A stretch of DNA of 64,000 bases from an uncultured Phycisphaerales bacterium. Its GTDB lineage: Bacteria > Planctomycetota > B15-G4 > CAYZWU01. Under the pieces are notes generated by a model. That model did no database searches. It was not told the origin of the DNA and saw nothing but the letters and a program-made list of their open reading frames with translations. The position numbers were made by a program, and so were the translations under genes. Every line of letters begins with the position of its first letter. The stretch's first letter is position 1. The stretch is taken from contig CAZIUL010000007.1 in the NCBI GenBank assembly GCA_964542475.1, positions 34,067 through 98,066 of the forward strand, written 5' to 3'. Shown here in pieces: positions 1-9,290 of this stretch.

Positions 1-440
1 TGCGTAATGTGGCCCATGAAGAGATCAACCAGAAGATCGGGGGCCAGCTTGAGCTCGCCCGGTCCTATGCCGGCGAGGTTGAGGATCGGCACCACGCCGC
101 CGACGACCATGGGAAACTGGATGAGCCCGTTGGCATCCAGCTCCTCCTTCTTCATGGGAGCGTCCGAGGCGCCGAAGTCCGTGGTTTTCGCCTTGATCTG
201 GGCGATTCCGCCGCCGGAGCCGATCGACTGGTAGTTGAGCTTTGTGCCGGTGAGACGCTGGTACTTGTAGGCCCACTGAGCGTAGACCGGATAGGGGAAT
301 GTGGCGCCCGCGCCGTTGATAGTAAGGGCCTTCTGATTGTCCTGATCGTTGTCCTCGGACGAGCAGGAAATGAGCAGGCAAACCAGCGCCGCAGTGACAA
401 CGGTTACGGTGAAACCTGAAGCAAATGATTTGAAATTCAT
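1..440 (-). CDS. pstS: Phosphate ABC transporter substrate-binding protein PstS (5' part, truncated by window edge)
   Basis: Absent from the ORF track; translated by hand from ATG at 440: MNFKSFASGFTVTVVTAALVCLLISCSSED...LTINGAGATFPYPVYAQWAYKY...LNYQSIGSGGGIAQIKAKTTDFGASDAPM. These are PstS motifs with a lipoprotein-type Cys; GGAGG RBS upstream. Confidence 0.95.
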   Translation of the reverse strand, partial: MNFKSFASGFTVTVVTAALVCLLISCSSEDNDQDNQKALTINGAGATFPYPVYAQWAYKYQRLTGTKLNYQSIGSGGGIAQIKAKTTDFGASDAPMKKEELDANGLIQFPMVVGGVVPILNLAGIGPGELKLAPDLLVDLFMGHIT

Positions 441-505
441 GGTTATCCTCCAGTCATATTTTTCAAAACGATCTTCAGAAAGATACAGGAGGTATAGCCG
501 TGAAT

Positions 506-533
506 TGTTAGGGATTAATGAGAATACGGTTAG
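506..533 (-). promoter_or_regulatory. Possible Pho-box-like 11-bp-spaced direct repeats upstream of pstS
   Basis: On the minus strand CTAACC / CTCATT / CTAACA recur at exact 11-nt spacing. The match to PhoB-type boxes is weak; the context (pstS) fits. Confidence 0.25.
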
Positions 534-703
534 TTTTTCCTCAACATCGGCCGGGCCAACAACGATATATTCCGGGAATTTGCTAAACGCAAAAGGATGC
601 TTTCCGAACAAACACGCGGACAGAGTCCCAAGAAGCGAATCGGGAGAACCGCCGCACCGTTGGAAAGACAAGCGCTTGTCAAGCAACAGGATCCGGGCGG
701 GGA

Positions 704-2707
704 TTATTGTCCATCCGTGTCCATCCGCGGTTCTTTTTCTTCCTCCCCCTTCGAAGAAACCCGCCCGTCGTCGTCCGGATCGGCGGTTCGCGTACGGAGC
801 GTCCTGAACATGTAGAGGATGTCCTTGAGCCCGCCGATCGTGAACCAGACCGTGACCGCGACGGATGCGGCGAACAGGAACCATGTGAACCAGTGCCAGA
901 TCCCGAGCCACGTCCCCACGGTGACCTCGTCCCCTGCATCCTCGCGCAGCAGGCACCAGCCCGTGCCCGCCAGGAAAAGCACTGTCCACAGGATGGGCCA
1001 GCCAACGGAGATGAGCGTGACCACCCTGTCCCAGCCGGTGAACTCGCGGTCCACGCCGAGCTTCTCGAGCCAGGTGCGCGCATCCTTGAACGATGTGTAG
1101 GACTCGCCCTTGACCGCGTGCTTTCCCCTGTGGAGCAGGCGGTCCATATCGTGTACCTTCCTCGGCCCGAGCAGGGAACACAGAACGTACATTCCTACCG
1201 ATGACACGATCGCGATGAACGCCCATTCCTGCCCGTTCGGATGCTCGATCTCCTTGAAGACCTGCTTGAACAAAACCCCTGCGAGAGACACAACCATACC
1301 CGTAATCATAGCGGCCCACGCGCCGCGCGTGGTGCCCCGCTTCCAGTAAAGCCCGCCGATGATCACGGAGCCCGCACCGCCCACAAAGATAGATGCGGTC
1401 ACAGCGCAGAACATGGTGATGAACTGGAGCTGCCTGAAGAGCAGGCTGAAGAAGAAAATGAAAACGGCAACACCAAAAATAGATGCGCGAAGGAGCCACA
1501 GATGCTGCTTCTGCGTGAACGGCTTTTTCCTGAACGGAAGTATGACATCCTGGATGAAGATGGAGCCCCACGAGTGGAGATAGGTGTCATGTGTGCTTAT
1601 GAACGCGGCAAGCATGGCAGCGCACATCAGCCCGAGGAGCCCGGCGGGAAGCATGACAGCCAGCGCGTACGGCGTGCGGAGCTGGTTCTGCAGCGTCTCC
1701 GCCTCCTCGGGGGAGGACGCCTGGATCGAGCCGAGCGACTCGTGCACAGCCGCGGCCTGCGCGCTGAAATCCGGATGCTGCAGAAAGGTCCTGACTGCGA
1801 GCGGTGTGACGAGCGCGATGAGCAAAAGAACGCGGAACCGCCACCCGTTCAGGATGCCCGCCATCTTTGCCTCGTGCGCGTCCTTGGCGCAGCAGTTGTA
1901 CCCCTGGGTTCCCTGCCACCCGAGAACTCCGTATACAGCAATAACAACGGAGATGAGGAAATACCAGATGTTGAAATGGTCCTGCTCTCCGATGTGAAAC
2001 GGGTGTACCAGGGACTTCTCCTCAGGCGCCTGCAGCAGCACCTCGGAGATCTGGCTCCAATCGAATGTGCAGAGCATGAACGCGACCAGCACCGCGAAAA
2101 CCAGGTTGGTGAAAACCCCTTGCAGAAAATCCGTGACCATCACCGCGATGTGTCCGCCCAAAAAGGTGAAAACAAGTGAGATGGACAGGAGCCCCAACAT
2201 CAGTGTCACGAAAGTGGAAAGCCCGACGCCCAAGACATGGTAGGTCTGGGGGAGCCCGCACAGCGCGATGAAAAACCGCGCACCCACAGCCGGGAAGATA
2301 CCGAAGTTGATGATCCCCGCAAGCCACGCGACAATCCCCGTGAACACGCGGAAGTCCCGCGAGTAGCGCATCTCGAAGAACTGGGCGAGGGTCAACGCCC
2401 TGGTCTGGCGGAAACGGTACACAACCCAGCCGGATAAAGCCATCACGATCATTGCGGGCTCGGTCATGGCCCCCCACCAGTAGGCTGTGTAGCCTGCCTC
2501 GTAGTACACCTCGAACCAGTACACGAGCGAGATCACGCCAAGGCCTGCCATGGCATTGGCCATGGAGATCAGGTACCGCCTCCCGCACCGGTTCGCGGCG
2601 AGAAAATCGCTCACGCTCCTGGTGTATTTTCTCGTGCGCAGGGCCGCGACGAAGAGCACGAAAACGAGCGCCGCTACAATCCCCCAGTCGAGAAGGTTCA
2701 TGTTCAT
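704..2707 (-). CDS. Sodium:solute symporter (SSS family)
   Basis: Many TM segments; N-terminal LDWGIV...DFLAANR, FFEMRYS and AMLAAFISTHDTYLHSWGS motifs typical of SSS. Start placed at MNMNLLDW. Confidence 0.9.
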   Translation of the reverse strand: MNMNLLDWGIVAALVFVLFVAALRTRKYTRSVSDFLAANRCGRRYLISMANAMAGLGVISLVYWFEVYYEAGYTAYWWGAMTEPAMIVMALSGWVVYRFRQTRALTLAQFFEMRYSRDFRVFTGIVAWLAGIINFGIFPAVGARFFIALCGLPQTYHVLGVGLSTFVTLMLGLLSISLVFTFLGGHIAVMVTDFLQGVFTNLVFAVLVAFMLCTFDWSQISEVLLQAPEEKSLVHPFHIGEQDHFNIWYFLISVVIAVYGVLGWQGTQGYNCCAKDAHEAKMAGILNGWRFRVLLLIALVTPLAVRTFLQHPDFSAQAAAVHESLGSIQASSPEEAETLQNQLRTPYALAVMLPAGLLGLMCAAMLAAFISTHDTYLHSWGSIFIQDVILPFRKKPFTQKQHLWLLRASIFGVAVFIFFFSLLFRQLQFITMFCAVTASIFVGGAGSVIIGGLYWKRGTTRGAWAAMITGMVVSLAGVLFKQVFKEIEHPNGQEWAFIAIVSSVGMYVLCSLLGPRKVHDMDRLLHRGKHAVKGESYTSFKDARTWLEKLGVDREFTGWDRVVTLISVGWPILWTVLFLAGTGWCLLREDAGDEVTVGTWLGIWHWFTWFLFAASVAVTVWFTIGGLKDILYMFRTLRTRTADPDDDGRVSSKGEEEKEPRMDTDGQ
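709..733 (-). repeat. AACCGCGGATGGACACGGATGGACA short repeat element
   Basis: Forms the last codons of the SSS gene (EPRMDTDGQ). A near copy, GAACCGCGGATGGGCACGG, lies at 24417-24435 on the + strand. Confidence 0.5.
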
Positions 2708-2882
2708 GAATTGACCCTGTTGTTCGCATGACCCATGGAAAAACCTCAATTAAGGATACTCCGGGCAATATTTCAAGAACTTTGGCTGCAGCCCGGTTTT
2801 TTGATTTAATGGCCGGATGATGAAACCGTGGCATGGACCACCGTTGATGCGGACCCGGTAAGCAATTCAAAGGACAGCACCG

Positions 2883-5447
2883 ATGACGAACAGCTCAACG
2901 CCCGGCAGTGAAAACAGCGGCTCTCCCCTCAACGTAACGCTCGTGGGACACTCGCACCTCGACGCGGTCTGGCTGTGGCCGTGGAACGCGACCTTGCACA
3001 AGGCTTTCCGCACATTCTCTAAAAACCTGAAACGACTCGATCGCTACCAAGGCATCACATTCGCCCAGAGCACCCCTCTTTTTTATGAATGGATGGAGAA
3101 GGAGTACCCGGATCTTTTCCGGGAGATTCAGAAGATGGTGAAAAAAGGCTGCTGGGAGATCGTGGGCGGCATGTGGGTCGAGTCGGACGGGTACATGCCG
3201 TGCGGAGAGGCGCAGATCAGGCAGCGCATGTACGGGCAGCGCTACTTTCTCGAAAAGTTCGGCAGAATCAGCGAGGTATCCTGGATTCCGGACACGTTCG
3301 GCATGCACTCAAACCACCCGCAGATCATCAGAAAGACCGGCGGAAAGTTTTTTTTTACAACCAAGCTCGCGTGGAACTACGAGAACGAGTTTCCGTACCA
3401 GCACTTCATCTGGGAGTCGCCCGACGGATCGAGAGTGCTTGCGCTCCAGAGCCCCGTGCAGTGCGCGGCACGCCCGGGCCCGCACGAAAGGCTCGAAGAG
3501 TCGGTAAAAAAACACAACGTGCTAGTGAAGGAGGGCGAAGAGGCTGTGGTGAACTACTCGTCCCCGTACGTGCCGGATGAAAAGCGGGGAAGCGGGTTCG
3601 TCACGGATGTGCTTTCCTTTTACGGCGAGGGGGACGGCGGCGAAGGCCCGAGCGACGGCATGTGCGAGGAGGCCCTTTCCCTGGGCAAGCTCCGGGGATA
3701 CGAAAACGGGAGCGTGCATGGGCACTTCGAAAGGGTGGAGAAAAAGTACGCGGACCGCCTTCCGGTCTGGAAGGACGAGCTGTATCTCGAAAACCACCGC
3801 GGCACGACCTCGTCGCAGGCAAGGATCAAGGAGCTCAACAGGAAGGGGGAAGAGAAGGTCATCACCGCTGAAAAATGGTCGAGCCTGACAAGCGCGATAG
3901 GCGGCTGCTCCGCTTCACCGGACGAGCTGGAAGGGGCGTGGAAAAAGCTGCTCTTCAACCAGTTCCACGACATTCTGCCGGGCACCTCGGTTGCCCAGGT
4001 ATACGTGGACGCGGAGCGCGATTTCGATGCCGTCTTTCGCGCGGCGGACATGACCAGGGACAGGGCGCTTGAAGAGATCGCGTCCCGGATCGATACGACG
4101 CTTCCCGATAAAAGGGAGCGGCGCAGGGTGAAGTTCTCCACGGGCACCGCGCTGATCCTTTTCAACCCGCTCATGTGGGACAGAAACGAGATCGTGGAGA
4201 TGCCGTGGGGCTACCCCGGGGTCAGGGTTTATGACACGGACAATGTCGAGATCCCGAGCCAGGTGATCTTCAGGGACGGGAAGAACCTGCTCCTTTTCAA
4301 GGCGCGCGTGCCCGCGTTCGGGTACACCCAGGTGAAGCTCGCGGCCGGGAAAAAACCATCCTCGACAGAAGGCATTAAGATCACCGGGTTGAGCGCCGAG
4401 ACCCGGTTCTACCGCCTGAAGCTGGATGCGAACGGCAACATGATCGAGCTGGACGATCTGGAGCTCAACAGGAGCCTGCTCTCCGGCCCTGCCAACCGCA
4501 TCCGGTTCTTCAAGAACTCGCCCAAGGAATGGAGCAACTGGAACATCGATCCGGAGTACGAAAAACACGAGCTCGATTCCCGGGATGATGCGGTGATCGA
4601 GAAGATCGACTCCGGGCCGGTCGCGGCGGCGTTTCGCATCACGAAACCGGCCCCTGAGAACGGGAAGGTCGTCCAGGAGATACGCCTTTACAAAGACCAC
4701 AAGCGCATCGACTTCATCAACGACATCGATGTAAAGTACACGGAATCCCTTGTGAAGGCGGAGTTCCCCTTTGATGTAGGCGCCGGGTTCGTGATGACCG
4801 AGACAGCCTGCGGAACGCACAAGCGGCCGGTTGATCCGAGGACCCCTTTCGAGAAAGCCATGTGGGAGGTGTGGACCCAGAAGTGGCTCGACCTTTCCGG
4901 CCCATCGTGCGGCGTCACCGTCCTGAACGCGGCAAAGTACGGATTCGACGCGAAAGGCGACCGGATCCGAATGACGCTCGTCAAGGGCGGGATCATGCCA
5001 TGCTCGCGTACGGATGTTTACACGCACCGCATCAGGTACGCGCTGACATCCCACAGCGGATCGTTTCAGGAAGCGCACGCCTGGAAAAAGGGGTACGAAT
5101 ACAACCACCCTATCGAAGCCAAGCTGGAAAAAAAACATGGCGGCGACCTGCCCCCTGAAAGATCGTTCGCCCGCCTCTCCGCAGATAATATCTGCTTCGA
5201 GGCGTTCAAGCGGGCGGAGGAGGGCGAGGGCTACGTTATCCGGCTGTTCGAGGCCGAAGGGATCAACACGGATGATGTGTTCCTGAGCCTGCCGTTCGAG
5301 ATCACAAAGGCCGAGGAGATCGATTTTCTGGAGCTCGAGGCGCTGCACGAGCTCAAGATCGATGAAAACGGAAAAAGGGTCCGGTTCTCCATGGGCCATA
5401 ACGAGATCAAAGCGATAAGAATCTTTCCGGAGGGGGCAAGCTCATGA
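2883..5447 (+). CDS. Alpha-mannosidase, glycoside hydrolase family 38
   Basis: GHSHLDAVWLW, WIPDTFG (nucleophile Asp) and LFNQFHDILPG motifs plus the C-terminal GH38 domains. Confidence 0.95.
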   Translation: MTNSSTPGSENSGSPLNVTLVGHSHLDAVWLWPWNATLHKAFRTFSKNLKRLDRYQGITFAQSTPLFYEWMEKEYPDLFREIQKMVKKGCWEIVGGMWVESDGYMPCGEAQIRQRMYGQRYFLEKFGRISEVSWIPDTFGMHSNHPQIIRKTGGKFFFTTKLAWNYENEFPYQHFIWESPDGSRVLALQSPVQCAARPGPHERLEESVKKHNVLVKEGEEAVVNYSSPYVPDEKRGSGFVTDVLSFYGEGDGGEGPSDGMCEEALSLGKLRGYENGSVHGHFERVEKKYADRLPVWKDELYLENHRGTTSSQARIKELNRKGEEKVITAEKWSSLTSAIGGCSASPDELEGAWKKLLFNQFHDILPGTSVAQVYVDAERDFDAVFRAADMTRDRALEEIASRIDTTLPDKRERRRVKFSTGTALILFNPLMWDRNEIVEMPWGYPGVRVYDTDNVEIPSQVIFRDGKNLLLFKARVPAFGYTQVKLAAGKKPSSTEGIKITGLSAETRFYRLKLDANGNMIELDDLELNRSLLSGPANRIRFFKNSPKEWSNWNIDPEYEKHELDSRDDAVIEKIDSGPVAAAFRITKPAPENGKVVQEIRLYKDHKRIDFINDIDVKYTESLVKAEFPFDVGAGFVMTETACGTHKRPVDPRTPFEKAMWEVWTQKWLDLSGPSCGVTVLNAAKYGFDAKGDRIRMTLVKGGIMPCSRTDVYTHRIRYALTSHSGSFQEAHAWKKGYEYNHPIEAKLEKKHGGDLPPERSFARLSADNICFEAFKRAEEGEGYVIRLFEAEGINTDDVFLSLPFEITKAEEIDFLELEALHELKIDENGKRVRFSMGHNEIKAIRIFPEGASS

Positions 5448-6406
5448 GGCGCTTCGAAAACAACCCCATCATCACCAGGCAGGACATCCCGAACATCCCG
5501 CCCGGCATAAACGACGTGTCTTCGGTTTTCAATCCGGGCGCGATAAAACACGAAGGCTCGACCGTTCTCATGCTCCGCGTCCAGAACCGCGCCAGGGAAA
5601 CTTTTTTTATCACGGCGAGAAGCACTGACGGAACGCGCTTTGAGGTGTCGAACGAACCGGTGCGCATGAGAGGCATCGAAAAGGTGAAGAGCAGAATCCA
5701 CCACTGCTACGATGCAAGGATCACGCGCATCGAGGGCGCATACCACATAATGTTCGCAATGGACATGGATAGCGAGTGCAGGCTGGGCCTGGCGCGTACC
5801 AGAGATTTTGAAACCTTCGATTTCCTGGGAATGGCATCGGATGACGACCAGCGGAACGGCGTTCTTTTCCCCGAGAAGATCGATGGAAAGTACCTTCGCC
5901 TGGACCGGCCGAACAGGGTAAGCCTGACAGACGGCCCCTCAACAGGGGACGCGATCTGCATCAGCGAATCGGATGATCTTCTGACCTGGGTACACAAGGG
6001 ACCGGTGATAAGCGGCAGGTACCACTACTGGGACGAGCTGATCGGCGCGGGCCCGCCCCCCATCAAGACAAGGGAGGGATGGCTCCAGATATATCACGGC
6101 ATAGCGACTCACCTGCAGAGCGCCCTCATCTACCAGGCAGGGGTCATGCTGCTCGATCTCGAAGACCCGTCGAAGGTTTCCGCCAGGGGAAAGTACAACA
6201 TCCTCGAACCGCGCGAGCTGTACGAGCTGACCGGCCAGGTTCCAAACGTGGTGTTTCCGAGCGGCGCTGTGGTTGACAAGGTCGATCAGGAGGGCTTTGC
6301 GGATGCAAGCGCAAAGTTGTTTCTGTACTACGGGGCCGCGGACACCTGCGTATGCCTGGCATTTTCCAGCATAAAAGAGCTCATCCGCGCGGCCCGGTCA
6401 GAATAG
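5444..6406 (+). CDS. GH130 glycoside phosphorylase/hydrolase (beta-mannoside phosphorylase-like)
   Basis: SVFNPGA, DARIT, RNGVLFPEKI, IGAGPPPIKT, VPNVVFP and YYGAADT motifs; ATGA overlap with the GH38 gene. Confidence 0.9.
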   Translation: MRRFENNPIITRQDIPNIPPGINDVSSVFNPGAIKHEGSTVLMLRVQNRARETFFITARSTDGTRFEVSNEPVRMRGIEKVKSRIHHCYDARITRIEGAYHIMFAMDMDSECRLGLARTRDFETFDFLGMASDDDQRNGVLFPEKIDGKYLRLDRPNRVSLTDGPSTGDAICISESDDLLTWVHKGPVISGRYHYWDELIGAGPPPIKTREGWLQIYHGIATHLQSALIYQAGVMLLDLEDPSKVSARGKYNILEPRELYELTGQVPNVVFPSGAVVDKVDQEGFADASAKLFLYYGAADTCVCLAFSSIKELIRAARSE

Positions 6407-6442
6407 GCGGATCGTTTTTTTTGATAACGGAGTAGAACCAAA

Positions 6443-7561
6443 ATGTACGCGCTAACAGCATTCCTCTTCTTCATCCAGCCGGCCTTTCCCGCACCGGTCG
6501 CGGACCATCATCTTCCGTTCTCCCCGAGGCAGTACATCTGCTGCAGAACGGAAATCCCCTTGAATATCGACGGCAGGCTCGACGAAAAAGCCTGGCGGAA
6601 AGCCGCATGGACAAGCGACTTCCTGGACATAGAGGGGCCGGATATGCCGGAACCGCGGTTCAGGACGCGCGCCAAGATGCTGTGGAACGACGAACACTTC
6701 TACTTCGCTGCCGAGCTCGAGGAGCCTCACGTTTGGGCAACGCTTAAAAAACGCGACTCCGTCATTTACCATGACAACGATTTCGAGATCTTCATCGACC
6801 CGGACGGGGATACTCACAACTACTACGAGCTCGAGATGAACGCGCTCAACACCGTGTGGGATCTCTTCCTGGACAAACCGTACCGCGACGGGTGCCACCC
6901 TCTTTTTTTCTGGGACATCCGCGGGTTGAAGACAGGTGTTTTCGTGGACGGGACACTCAACAATGCAACCGATATCGACCGGGGCTGGACCATCGAGGTT
7001 GCCATCCCCTGGGCGGTGCTCGCGGAATGCGCGCCCGGCAACAGAAAACCGCTGCCCGGGGAGCAGTGGCGGGTCAACTTCTCCCGCGTGGAGTGGCAGG
7101 TCGAAAAAGAAGACAGGAAGTACGTCAAGAAAATAAACCCCAAAACCGGCAAGCCGATACCTGAAAACAACTGGGTCTGGTCTCCCCAGGGTGAGATTGC
7201 CCTGCACATGCCCGAGCGCTGGGGCTTCGTGCAGTTCTCAGCAAAAGCGGCGGGTGCGGGCGATGACGGCACGGACGAGTTCGTGTTCAAACCCGAGGAG
7301 AAAGCCAAGTGGGCCCTTCGGCTCGTCTACTACGCACAGAAATCGTTTCTAGATAAACACGGCGAATACACTGACAGCATCTCAATGCTCGGTCTCGAAA
7401 ACCACAAGGTCCCCGGATACGTCTGGCCGCCCGTTATCCGCCACACATCAAGCCAGTTCGAGGCAAAACTGTCGAAAGAAACCGGAAACGAAATGTGGCG
7501 TATCACTCACAACGGTAGAGTATGGGGAGAAAAGCATAAGCCGTCTTCTACGGATCAGTAG
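6443..7561 (+). CDS. Carbohydrate-binding family 9-like protein
   Basis: IDGRLDE..W, NDFEIFIDPDGD, YYELEMNALNT.WDL, WRVNFSRVEW and NWVWSPQG motifs of the CBM9-like family. Confidence 0.85.
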   Translation: MYALTAFLFFIQPAFPAPVADHHLPFSPRQYICCRTEIPLNIDGRLDEKAWRKAAWTSDFLDIEGPDMPEPRFRTRAKMLWNDEHFYFAAELEEPHVWATLKKRDSVIYHDNDFEIFIDPDGDTHNYYELEMNALNTVWDLFLDKPYRDGCHPLFFWDIRGLKTGVFVDGTLNNATDIDRGWTIEVAIPWAVLAECAPGNRKPLPGEQWRVNFSRVEWQVEKEDRKYVKKINPKTGKPIPENNWVWSPQGEIALHMPERWGFVQFSAKAAGAGDDGTDEFVFKPEEKAKWALRLVYYAQKSFLDKHGEYTDSISMLGLENHKVPGYVWPPVIRHTSSQFEAKLSKETGNEMWRITHNGRVWGEKHKPSSTDQ

Positions 7562-8880
7562 CCCTCCGCGTACTGAAACATCGCCTCGATGATATCGAAG
7601 AAGTAGGACTCGCCGTTTGTGAGGACCACCAGGCCGATGTCGGTTTCCTCGTCGTACCACATCTCTGTTGTCGCGCCCTGATCTCCGCCTGCATGGCCCC
7701 AGAGAAGCCTTCCGTTCAGCGTCCAGGTGTGGAACGCCAGCCCCTGGACCGGGCTTATCTGCGGGTTCTGAACGGTTGTCATCAAGCAGGCCGTTTCTTT
7801 TTCCAGTATGCGGGCAAAACCCGGAGGCAAAACGGTTTGGCGCTTCCGGATTGCGGACGGGCCTGTCGGCGGGCCCTGGGGTGAAGGCCCGGCACCAGGG
7901 TTGCCTGCGCCGCTCGACGGAGAGAAAACATCTGGAGGCTTATCATCGAAGCGGTTCCGCCAGAAGGCCGAAAGAAATGTGATCAGCTGGGGAGAGCTGG
8001 TTCTTATCTGCCCATCAGGATAGTCGCTGAAACCGTAGTGGCCGATGTAGACATAATTGCCTCCCGACCAGTAATAGGGTATGGCGATGTGGCCTTTATT
8101 CAGGTTTGAAAGAAAATATGAGGTTTCGTTCATCACAAGAGGACCGAAAAGGTTCTGCTGGCAGTAATCCTCGAGGGGAGTGCCTGTGATGGCCTCCACC
8201 ATGTAGCCTGCAAGGGCAACACCGATGTTGCAGTAGGCATCCTTGGTGCCGGGAGCCCAGGTGTAGAAGTTTTTATTCGGGTTGTAGTATGCCCCGCCCG
8301 GGGTCAGGTAGTCCTCGAGATAAACACCCAACGGGATCGGGGAATCGCCCGGATAATAGGGCATTACAGACCAGTTGTCCTTGATGGACGAGGTGTGAGT
8401 GAGGAGCATTTGAAAAGTGATCTCCTCGCTCGGATGATTTGGATTGTATACCTGAAAAGGAAGGTAGTCGTTCACCGAATCGTGCAAATCGAACAGCCCC
8501 TGGTCATAGAGCTGCATCAGAGCCACGCCTGTAATGGTCTTGGATATGGAGCAGATTATGAACAGCGTGTCCTCCTCCACCAGCCTGTTCTTGTTGATGT
8601 TTGCATAGCCGAATGCGCCTTTCCAGATGATATTGTTTTTCCTGACTATTGCGGCGGACAGGCCGGGGATGTGTTTCTGTTTCATTATGGTTACGATGTA
8701 CCTGTCCAGTAGACTCGATCCGCTCTTTCCCCTCAGATCGAGCGAAGGAATGCGGACCTGCACTGCCGGTCTTGGCAGCTCTTGTCTCATGGAGGGACGG
8801 TCAGCCGGCTGAGACGTCCCATTCGCAAAAAAGCAGAATGTAATTACCGTGAATATCATGAGGAAGGCAGCGCGTTTCAT
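7555..8880 (-). CDS. Secreted serine hydrolase, beta-lactamase class C / PBP-like family
   Basis: Signal peptide; SxxK (SISK), YxN (YCN), LLTHTSSI and HAGG motifs; RBS AAGGAG before MKRAAFL. Confidence 0.9.
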   Translation of the reverse strand: MKRAAFLMIFTVITFCFFANGTSQPADRPSMRQELPRPAVQVRIPSLDLRGKSGSSLLDRYIVTIMKQKHIPGLSAAIVRKNNIIWKGAFGYANINKNRLVEEDTLFIICSISKTITGVALMQLYDQGLFDLHDSVNDYLPFQVYNPNHPSEEITFQMLLTHTSSIKDNWSVMPYYPGDSPIPLGVYLEDYLTPGGAYYNPNKNFYTWAPGTKDAYCNIGVALAGYMVEAITGTPLEDYCQQNLFGPLVMNETSYFLSNLNKGHIAIPYYWSGGNYVYIGHYGFSDYPDGQIRTSSPQLITFLSAFWRNRFDDKPPDVFSPSSGAGNPGAGPSPQGPPTGPSAIRKRQTVLPPGFARILEKETACLMTTVQNPQISPVQGLAFHTWTLNGRLLWGHAGGDQGATTEMWYDEETDIGLVVLTNGESYFFDIIEAMFQYAEGY

Positions 8881-9199
8881 AATTCGCTCCTTGAAATGTA
8901 ATCGCACAAAGCCCTGCGCGATTATATAAAAGGGCTCTCACATTCCTGAAAAGCAGGTTATTCGTTATTATATAAAAACAATTCGACTAATCAAATAAAT
9001 TATTAACGACATACGTCGATAACACGTTGACATTTGTCCCGGCACAGTCAATAGAAATGCTTCTTTCGCTTTCCATTGCCGAACCGGGAGCCCGCAGCCC
9101 TTCACATCCGGTACAAACTCGAAGCGAGTGTCGCTGTGCCTGCCCGCTAACAGCAGGGATAACGATGTGCACAGGTTCTTTGCCGCCAACTCTTGATAT

Positions 9200-9215
9200 T
9201 GGCACGGTTATAGCT
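9200..9215 (+). promoter_or_regulatory. Sigma-54 (-24/-12) promoter candidate
   Basis: TGGCACGGTTATAGCT matches TGGCACG-N4-TTGCW at all but one position; about 75 nt upstream of the HEAT-repeat gene. Confidence 0.55.
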
Positions 9216-9290
9216 AGAATGAACTTGGAAAATCGCACACCCTGCAAAAACAACAGGCCGTAACAAAGGGAATCTTATCGGGAGATCGAG

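Noticed and set aside
3915-5399. Long antisense or off-frame ORFs (e.g. 3915-5399, 17027-18154, 18482-19468, 25758-26759, 38777-39733, 50261-51460)
   Set aside because: These are shadows of GC-rich genes on the other strand or frame, with no recognisable motifs.
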